DNA of 64,000 nt from an uncultured Planctomycetaceae bacterium (GTDB lineage Bacteria > Planctomycetota > Planctomycetia > Planctomycetales > Planctomycetaceae): positions 128,001 through 192,000 of the forward strand of contig CAWFGE010000013.1 of assembly GCA_963815195.1 (NCBI GenBank), given 5' to 3'. Each line of letters begins with the position of its first letter. The stretch's first letter is position 1. The position numbers and the translations under genes were made by a program. Under the pieces are notes generated by a model, which did not search any database, was not told the origin of the DNA, and saw only the letters and a list, made by a program, of their open reading frames with translations. Below, piece after piece: positions 53,641 to 64,000 of this stretch.

Positions 53641-54027
53641 TTACTGAGGTGCGGGGGTGAAACTGAGATCGAATTTTTCACCGCTTTTCACCTCGACGGA
53701 TTCGGGATTGAATTGCTTCTCGGCGGAGGCCACGCCCGACGCGCCTCCGCTTTCCCCATGACCGCCGCCCTCGGCGGGGATTCCATACAAATAGACCTTC
53801 GATGGTCCGGCGGTCGCCCGTCCCTCAAATGTGCCGTCATCGTTCACGCTAATCTGTTTGGCTCCTTCAATGTTCCCTTCACTTTCGAATCGCAAGAAGC
53901 AGTTTTTTGTGGAAAGGGCTTTTCCCTCGACTTTGACCGTGCCGCTCACAGGGACGCCTTCACCCCCTCCTCCGCAGCCGATTAAACTCAAAAGCACTAT
54001 CAAACAACTGATGCGAGTGAGATTCAT
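53641..54027 (-). CDS. DUF1559-associated lipoprotein
   Basis: LIGC lipobox, VPVSGTVKVEG, DDGTF. Confidence 0.75.
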   Translation of the reverse strand: MNLTRISCLIVLLSLIGCGGGGEGVPVSGTVKVEGKALSTKNCFLRFESEGNIEGAKQISVNDDGTFEGRATAGPSKVYLYGIPAEGGGHGESGGASGVASAEKQFNPESVEVKSGEKFDLSFTPAPQ

Positions 54028-54112
54028 GCTTGCCTCCTCTAGAAAAACGAAAAACACACAAGATCACCTGTATCGCTGAATCGATACACACAAGGCAATT
54101 TTTATGTAAAGG

Positions 54113-54144
54113 TTGACATTCGTCACAATTCGTGGTCATATAAT
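54113..54144 (+). promoter_or_regulatory. possible sigma70-like promoter in AT-rich divergent region
   Basis: TTGACA at 54113 and TATAAT at 54139, but the 20-bp spacer is non-optimal. Confidence 0.3.
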
Positions 54145-54226
54145 CCCCATAATTGACCTTTCACATCTCATCAAGTTCTTATTCAAAAATCAACCATCTC
54201 TTTTTTTTCTCTGGAAAGGGTACTTT

Positions 54227-55222
54227 ATGAGAAACGTACGTCGTAGGGCGTTCACGCTCATTGAGTTGTTGGTCGTTATTGCCATCATTGCCATCTTAAT
54301 TGCGTTGTTGTTGCCTGCGGTGCAGCAAGCCCGCGAGGCGGCCCGTCGATCCAGTTGCAAGAACAACATGAAGCAACTGGGAATCGCCTTGCACAATTAC
54401 CACGACACGTTTGGGATGCTCCCGCCGGGTGCCCTCTATTACCATCGCCTGACGTCAAGTTCCAACGGGGAAAACTGCGGCGAATATGGTCCCTCCTGGA
54501 AAGTGATGATTTTGCCCCAAATGGATCAGGCTCCGCTCTATAAGCAATTCAATTTCGAATCTCTCGATGAATAACGCCGCCAACAGTGCCGCCCGCGGCG
54601 TGTACCTTCCCGCATTGGGGTGTCCCAGCGATCCGGGGGCCACGCCGGGAAATAAATATGCCCGATGCGGGAACAATTGGGCCAAAAGTTCTTACGCCGC
54701 ATGCGGAGGCCGCTTGGTTGGTGGAAACAACTTAGCGGTCACCGCGTGGACTTCATTTGGGCCAGAACAACAAAGGGCGTGATGGGCAACGGCGGATCGG
54801 CAAAAATGCGGGACATCCTCGATGGTCCTTCCAATACGGTGATGGTCTGGGAAATCCTCGCCGATCCCTCAGCCGAATGATCCGCGGGGTGCATGGGCGA
54901 TGGGACGCGGCGCGGTGGCCATGACCGGTGGATGCCAGTACGAAGGCGATTGCCGGGGCATCAACAGCGTCGGCAGCGCCAATCCACCGGCGACGCCACC
55001 GATGACGTCAAAAACTGCGTCGGGGGCAGTTACGGAACGGTGGGCGTTTTGTCTTGCTGGAACGGTGGCGACGGACAGCACGGTCCCAAAAGCCGGCACG
55101 TCGGCGGCGTCCATGCCTTGCTCGCCGATGGGCATACCCGTTTCGTCAGCGAAAACATCAATGCTGGCATTCTGCAAAACATTTGCGGCATCAGCGAAGG
55201 CATTCCCCTCGGTAATTTCTAA
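54227..55222 (+). CDS. DUF1559 prepilin-type protein (about 4 frameshifts)
   Basis: [14 protein letters not shown]..; [26 protein letters not shown], spread over several frames. Confidence 0.85.
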
Positions 55223-55299
55223 AGCGATCCGCCGCTCGCAAATCGACGTCCTGAAACCCTTCAAAACAAAGGCCGCACCGCTTGGCCCGGCCCTTCATC

Positions 55300-55344
55300 C
55301 AGCGAAGGCGCGGCGATAAATCGCCGCGCCTTCGCTGTTTTTTT
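55300..55344 (+). terminator. intrinsic terminator
   Basis: CAGCGAAGGCGCGGCGAT-AA-ATCGCCGCGCCTTCGCTG followed by T7. Confidence 0.85.
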
Positions 55345-55364
55345 CGACTGCCGCGACCCAACTT

Positions 55365-56100
55365 TCAGTCCAGGCGTTCTTGCGGGCCGACGAATTCCGA
55401 CGTGAAGGTGTCCAGAATGATGACTTCCACGCGGTTGGGGTGATTGGCGGTTTGATCGGGCGTCGGTTCGCCGGGCTCGGCGTTGCCCACCGCGGTGATC
55501 CGCATCCGATGCTCCGCGATCCCCTCGCGGAGTAAAAACGCCCGCACGGCTCTGGCGCGTTCGTAGCTGAGCCGCATCAGCTCTTCGGAATTCCTGTTCC
55601 GCCTCGCCTTTCTGCCGCCAACCGGCGGGCGCGGCGTGACCGCGGATGGAAATCTTGTTCGGCTTGCCGGCGAGTTCCGCCGCGATCAACAGCAGGTTGT
55701 TTTCCTGCGACGGCAGGAAGGTCGCGGCTCCCGGTTCAAACAGGATGGGCTCGCCCGCCTGTTGAGGCGTCCCTTCGCGGGTCCGTTTCACGCGGAGCGA
55801 TTCGCCTGGCACCCCCGGCCGTTTGACCCCGCCCCGGCCGTCTTCCTCGTTGGTGTAGGAACCCAGCGTTTCCAACTTTTCCATCAAGCTGTTGGCCGGA
55901 AAGTTTTTGCCCGGCGGCGCGGGAGACCCGGCCGCGTACGCTCCATATTCCTGAAGGGCTTCGAGGATCGCCCGGTATTTTTTTTCCGCGACGACTTCGC
56001 TCAGCGAGACGAGCATGATGAAAAACGTGAGCAACAGCGACATCATGTCGCCGTAGGTCACGACCCATTCCGGCACGCCAGGGGGAGCATCATCATCCAT
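55365..56100 (-). CDS. motB: flagellar motor protein MotB / OmpA family (frameshift near 55580)
   Basis: WVVTYGDMMSLLLTFFIML; ISIRGH; LSYERARAV..GI..RVEV. Confidence 0.85.
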
Positions 56101-56325
56101 GCTGGGCTTCCGCGCATAAGGTTCCCGTCACACGCATTTCGCCATCGGCCGAATGCGGCTCCGCACTTCAGACACGTTCCGACAACCCGCACAACCGGAA
56201 AAAGCGGATGAGTTTGGTCGAGGGTCGCTGGAGCCAACGTCCCACGTAAAAAATGGCAAGCGCACGACCGATTTTGGTCGGATGCGCTTGCCAACTGGCT
56301 TAAATCCAAGGGAAAGATCGACCGA

Positions 56326-57224
56326 TTAGAAGTTGGAGACGACCTCGCCGCCAGCGCGGGTGCTCAGACGGCGATAGGTGGTCATGTTGATGTTCTGCGA
56401 CAGGAACTGCACCCGGCCGTCGCCCAGGAGCACGTTGCAGCCGCCGGTGTGGAAACTGCCCGCAGCTTCCTGGGCTCCGCCGTTGATGGGGTCGTTGGTT
56501 TCGGTCCCGATCAGAGATTCCGACAGGTCGCTGGGCGGATTGCTATCGCCGTTTTGGCGGAAGTTATACCACCGGTCTCCGCCGGGCATATTGGAGGACA
56601 TCTTCGTCTGAACCTCCATGACGAGCATCGTGTTGCTGGGGCCGTCGGTGATGTCGGCCAATCGCACATGGCTGTTGAGAAAGAAGATCCCGTTGGCTTT
56701 GGTGCAACTCGGGACCTTTCCATTGCAGTTGTTGTAGACGTTGGTTCCGATGTTTCCGTTGTAATTGCTGGGCTGGTTTCCATTCATCCCGCCGTATTGC
56801 CGGTCTCCGCCGGGTTGGGACGGGCATTGGAAAATCGCGATCTGGGTCTTCGTGTGTGCCAGAAGCATTTCGGACGTGTTCCAAACTCCGTTGTCTGTAA
56901 TCATCCGGTTCTGGACTTTCTTGTACAAAGGCGCCTGGTCCATTTCCGGGAGGATTTTGGACTGCCAGGTCCAGCCAAAACCGTACATCGTGCTTCCCGA
57001 CAAATGCGCAACGTTTCCCATGGGAAAGGAGTTGCTGATGTCGTGATAATTGTGCAGGGCTAAGCCGATCTGCTTCATGTTGTTGCGGCACGAAGACCGC
57101 CGGGCGGCTTCTGCGCCTGCTGGACGGCGGGAAGCAAAAGGGCAATCAGAATGGCGATAATCGCAATCACCACCAACAATTCAATCAACGTAAATCCACG
57201 TTTCAAACGAACTCGCTGCACCAC
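56326..57224 (-). CDS. DUF1559 prepilin-type protein (frameshift near 57110)
   Basis: [39 protein letters not shown]. Confidence 0.9.
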
Positions 57225-57297
57225 GTTCTCCCTAATTGTATAAAAACGAAAAAAAACAAATCTCTGACCGAAGACGGCTTTCACTCCAAGGTCGAGT

Positions 57298-57798
57298 TCA
57301 TTCGCCCTCGTCCTCTTCTTCGTCATTTTGGATCTTGTCCAACGTGATCATGAATGAGTTATTCCCGTCTTCGACATCGACGAGGCTATTGCTTTCGGCG
57401 ACTTCCAATTCGAATTCGATGCCTTGGGGCTGTTTTTTTGCCGGAGTGGCGGCTTCCTCTTCGCCGTCCTTCACGACGACCTCGGCTTCCTCATCGGACT
57501 CTTCTTCGGGGGGCGAATAGACCACGCGGTGCTTGCCCAGGATGGCTCCATCGTCTTTTTCGTACGTCGTGAGCACGAACGTGCCGTCGCTTTGGATGGT
57601 GCCGATGGCGGCTTTGCCTTCGCGGGGGGAGCCATCGTCTTTCACCGGAATGAAGGTGATGGTGCCTTGGGTGATCGGTTTGATGTCGTAGGCGACTTTG
57701 CCGCTGGTCGGGGCCGTCGCATAGTACTTGGCTCCGCAACCGAACAGAAACACGAGGCAAAGCGGACAGAGACAGCGCAGTTTGAACGATCGGATCAT
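57298..57798 (-). CDS. DUF1559-associated lipoprotein
   Basis: LFGC lipobox, [30 protein letters not shown]; acidic tail. Confidence 0.8.
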   Translation of the reverse strand: MIRSFKLRCLCPLCLVFLFGCGAKYYATAPTSGKVAYDIKPITQGTITFIPVKDDGSPREGKAAIGTIQSDGTFVLTTYEKDDGAILGKHRVVYSPPEEESDEEAEVVVKDGEEEAATPAKKQPQGIEFELEVAESNSLVDVEDGNNSFMITLDKIQNDEEEDEGE

Positions 57799-58263
57799 GG
57801 CTTGGAGAATGAAATTGGTCTTGAGAAACGAGAATGAAAAGAAAAACAACGGGCGGAAATGAGAAATGCCCCGAGCTTCCCTACCCTAGCGGATGCTGGT
57901 GCCGGTTTGCAACCTTGCGCACAAACCGAAAGGAAGCGTCTCGCTTCGCGGGTTCGGCCAGGTCGCCGGCGGATCTTCGGGGAAATGCCTGAATTTTGGG
58001 GGGAATCCGTCGCAACCCGCCGGCCGCTTCATTCGACCAAATTATTTCTTTGTTCCCATGTGAAATAGCGGAGATTTAACTCGAACTTCATCTGAGATCG
58101 AAGACTTGAGAGATTTCCGTGGTCCGTCCCAGCCGAAAGCGGCCCCGGGCGTCCCGGGAAATTTCCTGAAGGCCGGTGATGGTATTCTGTTGAATCGTGG
58201 GGTAATCTAAAAATCTTACCAATCCCTTGCCGGACGTTTCCGGTTTTGTGCGGGAGAGCTTCG

Positions 58264-60150
58264 ATGGGGCAGGACATTCCCGAACAGATTGCCCACTACA
58301 AAATCAAAGAGTTGTTGGGGGAAGGCGGTTTTGGCGTCGTCTACCGGGCCTGGGATACGCAACTGGAAACCCACGTCGCCCTCAAGATGCCGAAGCTGGG
58401 CGGGGTGGAGAAGGAATACGCCGGCCGGATTATCTCCCGCTTTCTCCGCGAAGCCCGCGCGGCGGCCCGTTTGCCTCCGCACACGAATCTCTGCCCCGTC
58501 CGCGAAGTCGGCAAATTTGAAGACCAGCACTATGTGGTCATGGCGTATATTCTCGGGGCGCCGCTATCGCGGGCCATCCGGCCGATGGAAGTCGAGCACG
58601 CGGTGCGGCTCGTGCGGAAGATCGCCCGGGCGATGCAGGTGGCCCACGATCACGGCGTGGTGCACCGCGACCTCAAGCCGTCCAACATCATGCTGGTGGA
58701 CCGCCACGAGCCGGTCGTGATGGACTTCGGGCTCGCTTTGCGGATGGACGTGGACGAGGCCGACAAAACCACGGCCGGCCGGGTGCTGGGAACGCCGGCG
58801 TATATGTCGCTCGAGCAAATCGAAGGCCGGGCGGATCGCATCGGCCCGCCCAGCGACGTCTACAGCCTGGGCGTGATCTTTTATGAACTGCTCACGGGGC
58901 GCGTGCCCTATCGCGGCGACCTGGTGCAGATGGTGGGCAAGATCATCAAGGGGGAGCCGTTTGGGAATCCCTCGCATTGGAACCAGGCGGTGACGCCGGA
59001 CCTGGAAGCGGTGTGTTTGAAAGCCATGGCGCGGGATCGTGACGAGCGGTATCGCACGATGATGGAGTTCGCGTTGGCGCTGACGGATTGCCTCGCGGCA
59101 TTGCAGAAAGTCCCGGAGACGGTGGAAGTCCCGCCGCTGCCGTCGGAGTCGCCGGATTTCACGCTGCGGGAAGAGCCGGTCACGCCGCGGATGGGTTCGG
59201 ACGATGAGACATTGGGTTCGCCCGCTCCGATATTGGCCCCATTCGATCGCGAGGCGGCGTGGCTGGCCCAGGAGGAATGGTCCGGTTACCTGGACCGGCC
59301 GATTCAGCAAACGAACGCGATCAAGATGGAATTGACGCTGATTCCGCCGGGCGAGTTCGTCATGGGGTCGCCGGAAACCGAACTGGAACGGATCTCGGAT
59401 GAGTTTCAGCACGTGGTGCGGATCACCCAGCCGTTTTATCTGGGGACCTACCCGGTGACGCAGGCGGAGTTCTCGCGGGTGATGAATTGCAATCCCAGCC
59501 AGTTCAACGATGAGGAGCTCGGCCACGACACCAGCCGGTTCCCCGTGGAAATGGTGAGTTGGTACGATGCGCTGGAGTTCTGCAACAAACTCTCGGCCCG
59601 CGACGGCCGGCCGCCCTATTATTCGCTGACGCTCGTGAAACTGGACGAACGGGGCTTTATCAAATGGGCGAGCCTGGAGGTTTTGGGCGGCGTGGGGTAT
59701 CGGCTGCCGAGCGAAGCCGAATGGGAATACGCCTGCCGCGCGGGCACGGAGACGGCGAACGCCTTCGGCGACAGCCTGTCTTCGATGCAGGCGAATTTCA
59801 ACGGCAATTCGCCTTACGGTCCCGCTGTCCGGGGGCCGTTTTTGGGACGCACGAGTGCCGTGGGCTGTTATCCCGCGAACGGGTTCGGCGTTTACGACAT
59901 GCACGGCAATGTGTGGGAGTGGTGTTGGGACGGCAGCGATGAGGACTACTACCGGAACTCCCCCACGGAGAATCCCACCGGCCCGTCGACCGCCGTCAAT
60001 CGCGTGATCCGCGGCGGTTCTTGGCGCGACCGGGGGGCGGGCATGCCCGGCGGGAGCGGTTTTTGCCGCTCGGCCGCCCGGCACGACTGCTCGCCGGTGG
60101 TGCGGCTTGCGGTGCTTGGGTTCCGCGTCGCCGTCACGCCGCTCCGATAA
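58264..60150 (+). CDS. Ser/Thr protein kinase fused to FGE-sulfatase (SUMF1/C-lectin fold) domain
   Basis: GEGGFGVVY, HRDLKPSN, DFG, GTPAYM; IPPGEFVMGS, RLPSEAEWEYACRAG, DMHGNVWEW, RGGSW, GFRV. Confidence 0.93.
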   Translation: MGQDIPEQIAHYKIKELLGEGGFGVVYRAWDTQLETHVALKMPKLGGVEKEYAGRIISRFLREARAAARLPPHTNLCPVREVGKFEDQHYVVMAYILGAPLSRAIRPMEVEHAVRLVRKIARAMQVAHDHGVVHRDLKPSNIMLVDRHEPVVMDFGLALRMDVDEADKTTAGRVLGTPAYMSLEQIEGRADRIGPPSDVYSLGVIFYELLTGRVPYRGDLVQMVGKIIKGEPFGNPSHWNQAVTPDLEAVCLKAMARDRDERYRTMMEFALALTDCLAALQKVPETVEVPPLPSESPDFTLREEPVTPRMGSDDETLGSPAPILAPFDREAAWLAQEEWSGYLDRPIQQTNAIKMELTLIPPGEFVMGSPETELERISDEFQHVVRITQPFYLGTYPVTQAEFSRVMNCNPSQFNDEELGHDTSRFPVEMVSWYDALEFCNKLSARDGRPPYYSLTLVKLDERGFIKWASLEVLGGVGYRLPSEAEWEYACRAGTETANAFGDSLSSMQANFNGNSPYGPAVRGPFLGRTSAVGCYPANGFGVYDMHGNVWEWCWDGSDEDYYRNSPTENPTGPSTAVNRVIRGGSWRDRGAGMPGGSGFCRSAARHDCSPVVRLAVLGFRVAVTPLR

Positions 60151-60355
60151 TTCGCGCGTCCGGCGGAACCGCTCCGACCCGCGTTTTCCCTCAAATCGGC
60201 CTCAAATTGTCAGGCCGTTTTGCCCAAAGCCGCGCGGAAATCCCTTACGTTTGTCGATGATTCGTCGTCACGGCGGGAATCGGTGAGGTAGAGTTCCAAA
60301 GCCACCGTTGCGTGAACGCTTCATTTCCCCCCCTTCCGATTTTTAGGAGGCAAGC

Positions 60356-62540
60356 GTGTCTCCCACCACCACGAGCCGATCCTATTCCGACGATTCCCTT
60401 TCCAAGGATTCGTTTTTGGATTTGTTGTCGTCCGCCCCCTCCTCGGGACCCGGCGCCCCGCTGTTGGGGACGCATCCCGCGGACTCGCCGCGAATTCTGT
60501 TGGGATTGATGGCGTTGGCCCGGCGGGCGGAAGAACATAAAGAGGATCGCCACGCCGATTCCCTCCACGGGGCGATTTCGCGGCCGATCTTGCGAAGTTT
60601 GCTCACGGCCCTGCATCACCGCGACGAAAGCATCACCATGCACTGCCGGCGCGTGGCTTTGTTGTGCGCGGGCATCGGCAAATATCTCGGCTGGAGCGAA
60701 CGGGAACTGAAGATGCTGGAAGTGGCGGCGCTTTTGCACGATGTGGGAAAGATCGGGGTGCCGGATCATGTCCTGCTCAAGCCGGGCAAACTCAGCCCCG
60801 ACGAAGCGGAACTGATGGCGCTCCATCAAAACATCGGCGTCGACGTGCTCCAGGCCTGCCGGGTGCACAAGGAGGTCTTGGACATCGTGGTGCAATCGCA
60901 TCTTTATTTCAACGGGGTCAACGACTACGGCCGGAGTCTCGGCGGCGAGATGCACCAGGGGGCGCGGATTCTCGCGGTCGCGGACGCCTACGAGTCCCTG
61001 ACCTCGCCTCAAGTTTACCGGGAACGAAAGACGCACGAAGAGACCCTCAAGATTTTGATGGCCGCGGCTGGGGCGCAGTTCGACGGCAATGTCGTGCTCT
61101 CGCTGTCGCGGTGGATCGATGCGGAAGGCGTGCCGTTCGAGATTGGATCGGAGGCTCCCGAACGCCATCCCGCATGGAATCGCGTCCTCACACCGGACGA
61201 GGTGCACGAAGCGAACACGCTTTGCCAGATTTTTTCTTACTTGTATCTCTTGGAAAACCTGTACGACGGTTTTTACGTGGTCGATGCGAACCGCCGGTAT
61301 GTGATTTGGAACTGCGGAGCCGAGCGGCTGCTGGGGCATTCGCCGCGCGCGATGACCGACAGCACCTGGTCCGGGCGGATGCTCAAGCAGGCGGACTCGA
61401 GTGGAGTGGTCTTGGCGGACCGCAATTGCGCTCAACATTGTGATGGAATCCCGCCAGGCGACGACGAACATCATGAAATGGCAGCACGCCGACGGGCATT
61501 GGGTCGATGCGGAGACGCAAACGATCCCGCTCATCGGCTACGACGGCGGCCTGGTCGGGGTGGCGGAGATTTTCAGCGGTCTGTCCCGCGCGACCCGCCG
61601 GCCTTCAGAGCACAAGACGGCGGCGAACCGCGACTCGCGCACCGCGATCGCGGACCGCGGGGAATTGGAGACCCAGTTGACGTGGCTGGTCAACGAGTTC
61701 GGCGAAAACAAAAAGTCGGCCCCCTTCTCGGTGATCATTGCCGACATCGACTATTTCCAATCGATCAACGAAGATTTCGGACACGAGGCAGGCGATCGCG
61801 TGCTGATCGAGATCGCCAAGTTGATCCGGAGCAAAACCGCTTCGGGGGATCTCGTCGGCCAATACGGAGGCGAAGAGTTCGTCGTCATCTGTCCCAGCAC
61901 GAACTTGGACCAGGCCTGCTCGCGAGCCGAGCGGCTCCGTAAGATCATGAGCCGAACGCCCTGGGGCGATCTGAACGGCGAATCGATCACGGCCTCCTTC
62001 GGGGTCGCCCAAATGGAGCCGGACGATTCGATGTCCAGTTTGCTCCGCCGCGCCGATCGGGCGCTGTACATCTCCAAGGAAACCGGCCGGAATCGCACGA
62101 TCAGCCTGACGAACGAGGAATTCATCAACGGCATCGACCCGGCGCCCCGCACCGACGATGAGGACATGCAGGAGGAGCCGTTCGTGTTCCGCACGACGTT
62201 TCACGCCTGCGTCGCCGAGGAGATCCTCGTCTACAAGCTGGGCGGATTCATGGCGGATCAAAACGCCAAGTTGGTCGATGCCAACTTCAAAGAGGCGATC
62301 TTCTCCATCGGCAGCGGCGGGCTGTTGGGCGGTTGGGGAAGCACCGCGGATCGGCAGCCGATTTCGCTGCACGTGCAGTTCTGCAAAAAACCGCGCGGGA
62401 CAAAATCGAAATCCGGCCCGAGCCAGGTTCCCGTGGACGTCACCATCCGCCCCCGCGGGCGGGTCCGCGACAGGGAAATGTTCCAGACCCGGGCCAAGCG
62501 GGTCGTCCGAGCCCTGCGGGCCTACTTTGCGGCGAATTGA
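60356..62540 (+). CDS. HD-GYP-like / PAS / GGDEF signalling protein (frameshift near 61420)
   Basis: LLHDVGKIGVP, ARILAVADAY; PAS DGFYVVD..WN..AERLLG; DIDYFQSINEDFGHEAGD, YGGEEF. Confidence 0.88.
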
Positions 62541-62765
62541 TCTGACCAGTTTTTCAGCAGGCTTCGCCCGGCCCGTTGGCAGGCAGGACGAGTTCGCCGC
62601 GTCAAATGCCGGCGATTTCCGCCGTCTGTGGAAACCGTTCTGCAAGAGTTTCCCATTCCTCTGCGTTGGCCCGATCGCCCGGGGGTCGTTCGCAAGCCTA
62701 TTGGCACAAAGATTGCAGCCAGTCGGCCTGCCAATCTTTCCTCCCTCCCCCAAAGCGGCCCCCCC

Positions 62766-63086
62766 ATGAAGCGCATCGAAGCCCTCATCCCCCACGATTT
62801 GATCCAGGATGTGGAACAATCCTTATCCTCTTTAGGCGTCCGGGGATTGACGCTCACCAGCGTTTACAGCCAGTCCCTGTTGCCCGTGTCGTCCCGGTTT
62901 GCGGGCGGCTTTGGAAATCCGTGCTGCAAATTGGACGTGCTGGTTTCAGACGGGGACTTGCCCAAAGTGCACGCGGCCATCCGCCGCATCGCCGGGCTGC
63001 AACCGCGGGTCCAGATTTTCGTCATCGACTTGGAGACGACCATTCGCATCCGCACGGGCGAATGCGAAGAAGCCGCGCTGAGCTAA
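62766..63086 (+). CDS. P-II family (GlnB/GlnK-like) protein, divergent
   Basis: MKRIEALI..V..L...GVRGLT; KLDVLVSD; IFVIDLETTIRIRTGE. Confidence 0.75.
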   Translation: MKRIEALIPHDLIQDVEQSLSSLGVRGLTLTSVYSQSLLPVSSRFAGGFGNPCCKLDVLVSDGDLPKVHAAIRRIAGLQPRVQIFVIDLETTIRIRTGECEEAALS

Positions 63087-63344
63087 AGTCAGCCTGCGGA
63101 TATTTTCACGTTCCAAGTTCTGAGTTTTCCGAACGCGCGGAATTTTCCGGTTTGGCTGGATTTGCGGATCGGTGCCGGCCGATTTCTGCTGCGGGAGTTT
63201 GGGAACCGACCGGCTTGTCTTCCAAGGCGCATCGGCCGTTTCCAGCCCCGGAACAACTCTCACCAGCCTGGCGTTTTGCGGCCCGAGGCTTTTGTCCCGC
63301 GGAGCGGTCGTTGGGGATTTTATTTTGCCAATTCCGTAATCCAC

Positions 63345-63374
63345 TTGACTTTATGTCGAGTTAGGTATTACAGT
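63345..63374 (+). promoter_or_regulatory. putative sigma70 promoter for HU/IHF gene
   Basis: TTGACT-N18-TACAGT about 70 bp upstream of the start. Confidence 0.4.
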
Positions 63375-63445
63375 TAAGTCACGAATTGTGGCTCAGCGGA
63401 TGAGCAAGAATTGCCCCATGGCACCTCTCGCAGGAGACTCGAGTT

Positions 63446-63910
63446 GTGACCAAGAAAGAAATCGTCAAAGCCATTTCCGAGGAAATGGACTTAACCCAAC
63501 TGAAGACCAAAGAGATCGTCCAAAAGACCTTCGACGCGATCATCGATACGTTGGTCCGCGAAGAACGAATCGAACTCAGAAACTTTGGCGTGTTCGAGGT
63601 CAAAAAGCGGGCCGCCCGCAAAGCGCGAAACCCGCGGACCGGCGAACGCGTGGAAGTGGCGGCCAAATACGTCGTCACCTTCAAGCCCGGCAAGGAAATG
63701 GAGGAACGGGTTCGCGAACTCGAGGAGCGGGATGCCCGCGAAGCGGCCCTCAAAGCCCAGCACGCGGAACACCGGGACGGGCAAATGCCCCAACCGCCCA
63801 GTCAACCCACTCCACCGGCGCCGGCCCATGCCCCGGAAAGGGCGGAAGCCGAGCCGGCCGAAGAGTCCTCGGTTTCCAGTTCACATCCTTCCACGCAATA
63901 CTCGTCTTGA
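63446..63910 (+). CDS. HU/IHF family nucleoid-associated protein with Pro/Ala/Glu-rich tail
   Basis: [41 protein letters not shown]. Confidence 0.93.
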   Translation: MTKKEIVKAISEEMDLTQLKTKEIVQKTFDAIIDTLVREERIELRNFGVFEVKKRAARKARNPRTGERVEVAAKYVVTFKPGKEMEERVRELEERDAREAALKAQHAEHRDGQMPQPPSQPTPPAPAHAPERAEAEPAEESSVSSSHPSTQYSS

Positions 63911-64000
63911 TCGACCGCTCCCCTCCGTTGGCATCCGCCGGGAACCGTCGGTCAGCGACCTGTTGACAGGAAGGCCCGGCTCGGATGCGGAATGGGTTTC

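Noticed and set aside
63911..64000. tRNA or ncRNA after the HU gene
   Set aside because: No cloverleaf, T-loop or CCA pattern.

Overview
GC-rich chromosomal window from a planctomycete, judged from DUF1559 prepilins, a DUF1501 gene, a PSD1/planctomycete cytochrome c gene and a CRTAC1/ASPIC-UnbV gene. It holds about 48 genes. Housekeeping and metabolic genes include glcD-like, proC, xth, pyrC, ald, nadC, ispD, an aroD-aroE fusion and fbaB. Larger loci are a partial Tad locus (cpaB, FHA-tadA, tadB), an AOR-moaD-ThDP enzyme cluster, a globin-coupled sensor kinase operon ending in an ANTAR regulator, three DUF1559 cassettes, and kinase and c-di-GMP signalling genes. About 11 genes are split by small indels, probably long-read consensus errors. 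I saw no rRNA, tRNA, CRISPR array, transposase or reverse transcriptase. The most unusual structure is a tandemly duplicated four-helix-bundle (23S-IVP-like) gene between the cpaB stop and the tadA start. It is enclosed in inverted arms built of 9-mers, and the outer stem could pair over the tadA start codon. Two other candidates stand out: a globin kinase/REC-REC/REC-HK/REC-ANTAR relay, and a ThDP decarboxylase-like enzyme next to an aldehyde:ferredoxin oxidoreductase. Several REP/MITE-like palindrome families fill the intergenic gaps. All family calls come from recognising motifs by eye; no database search was run.
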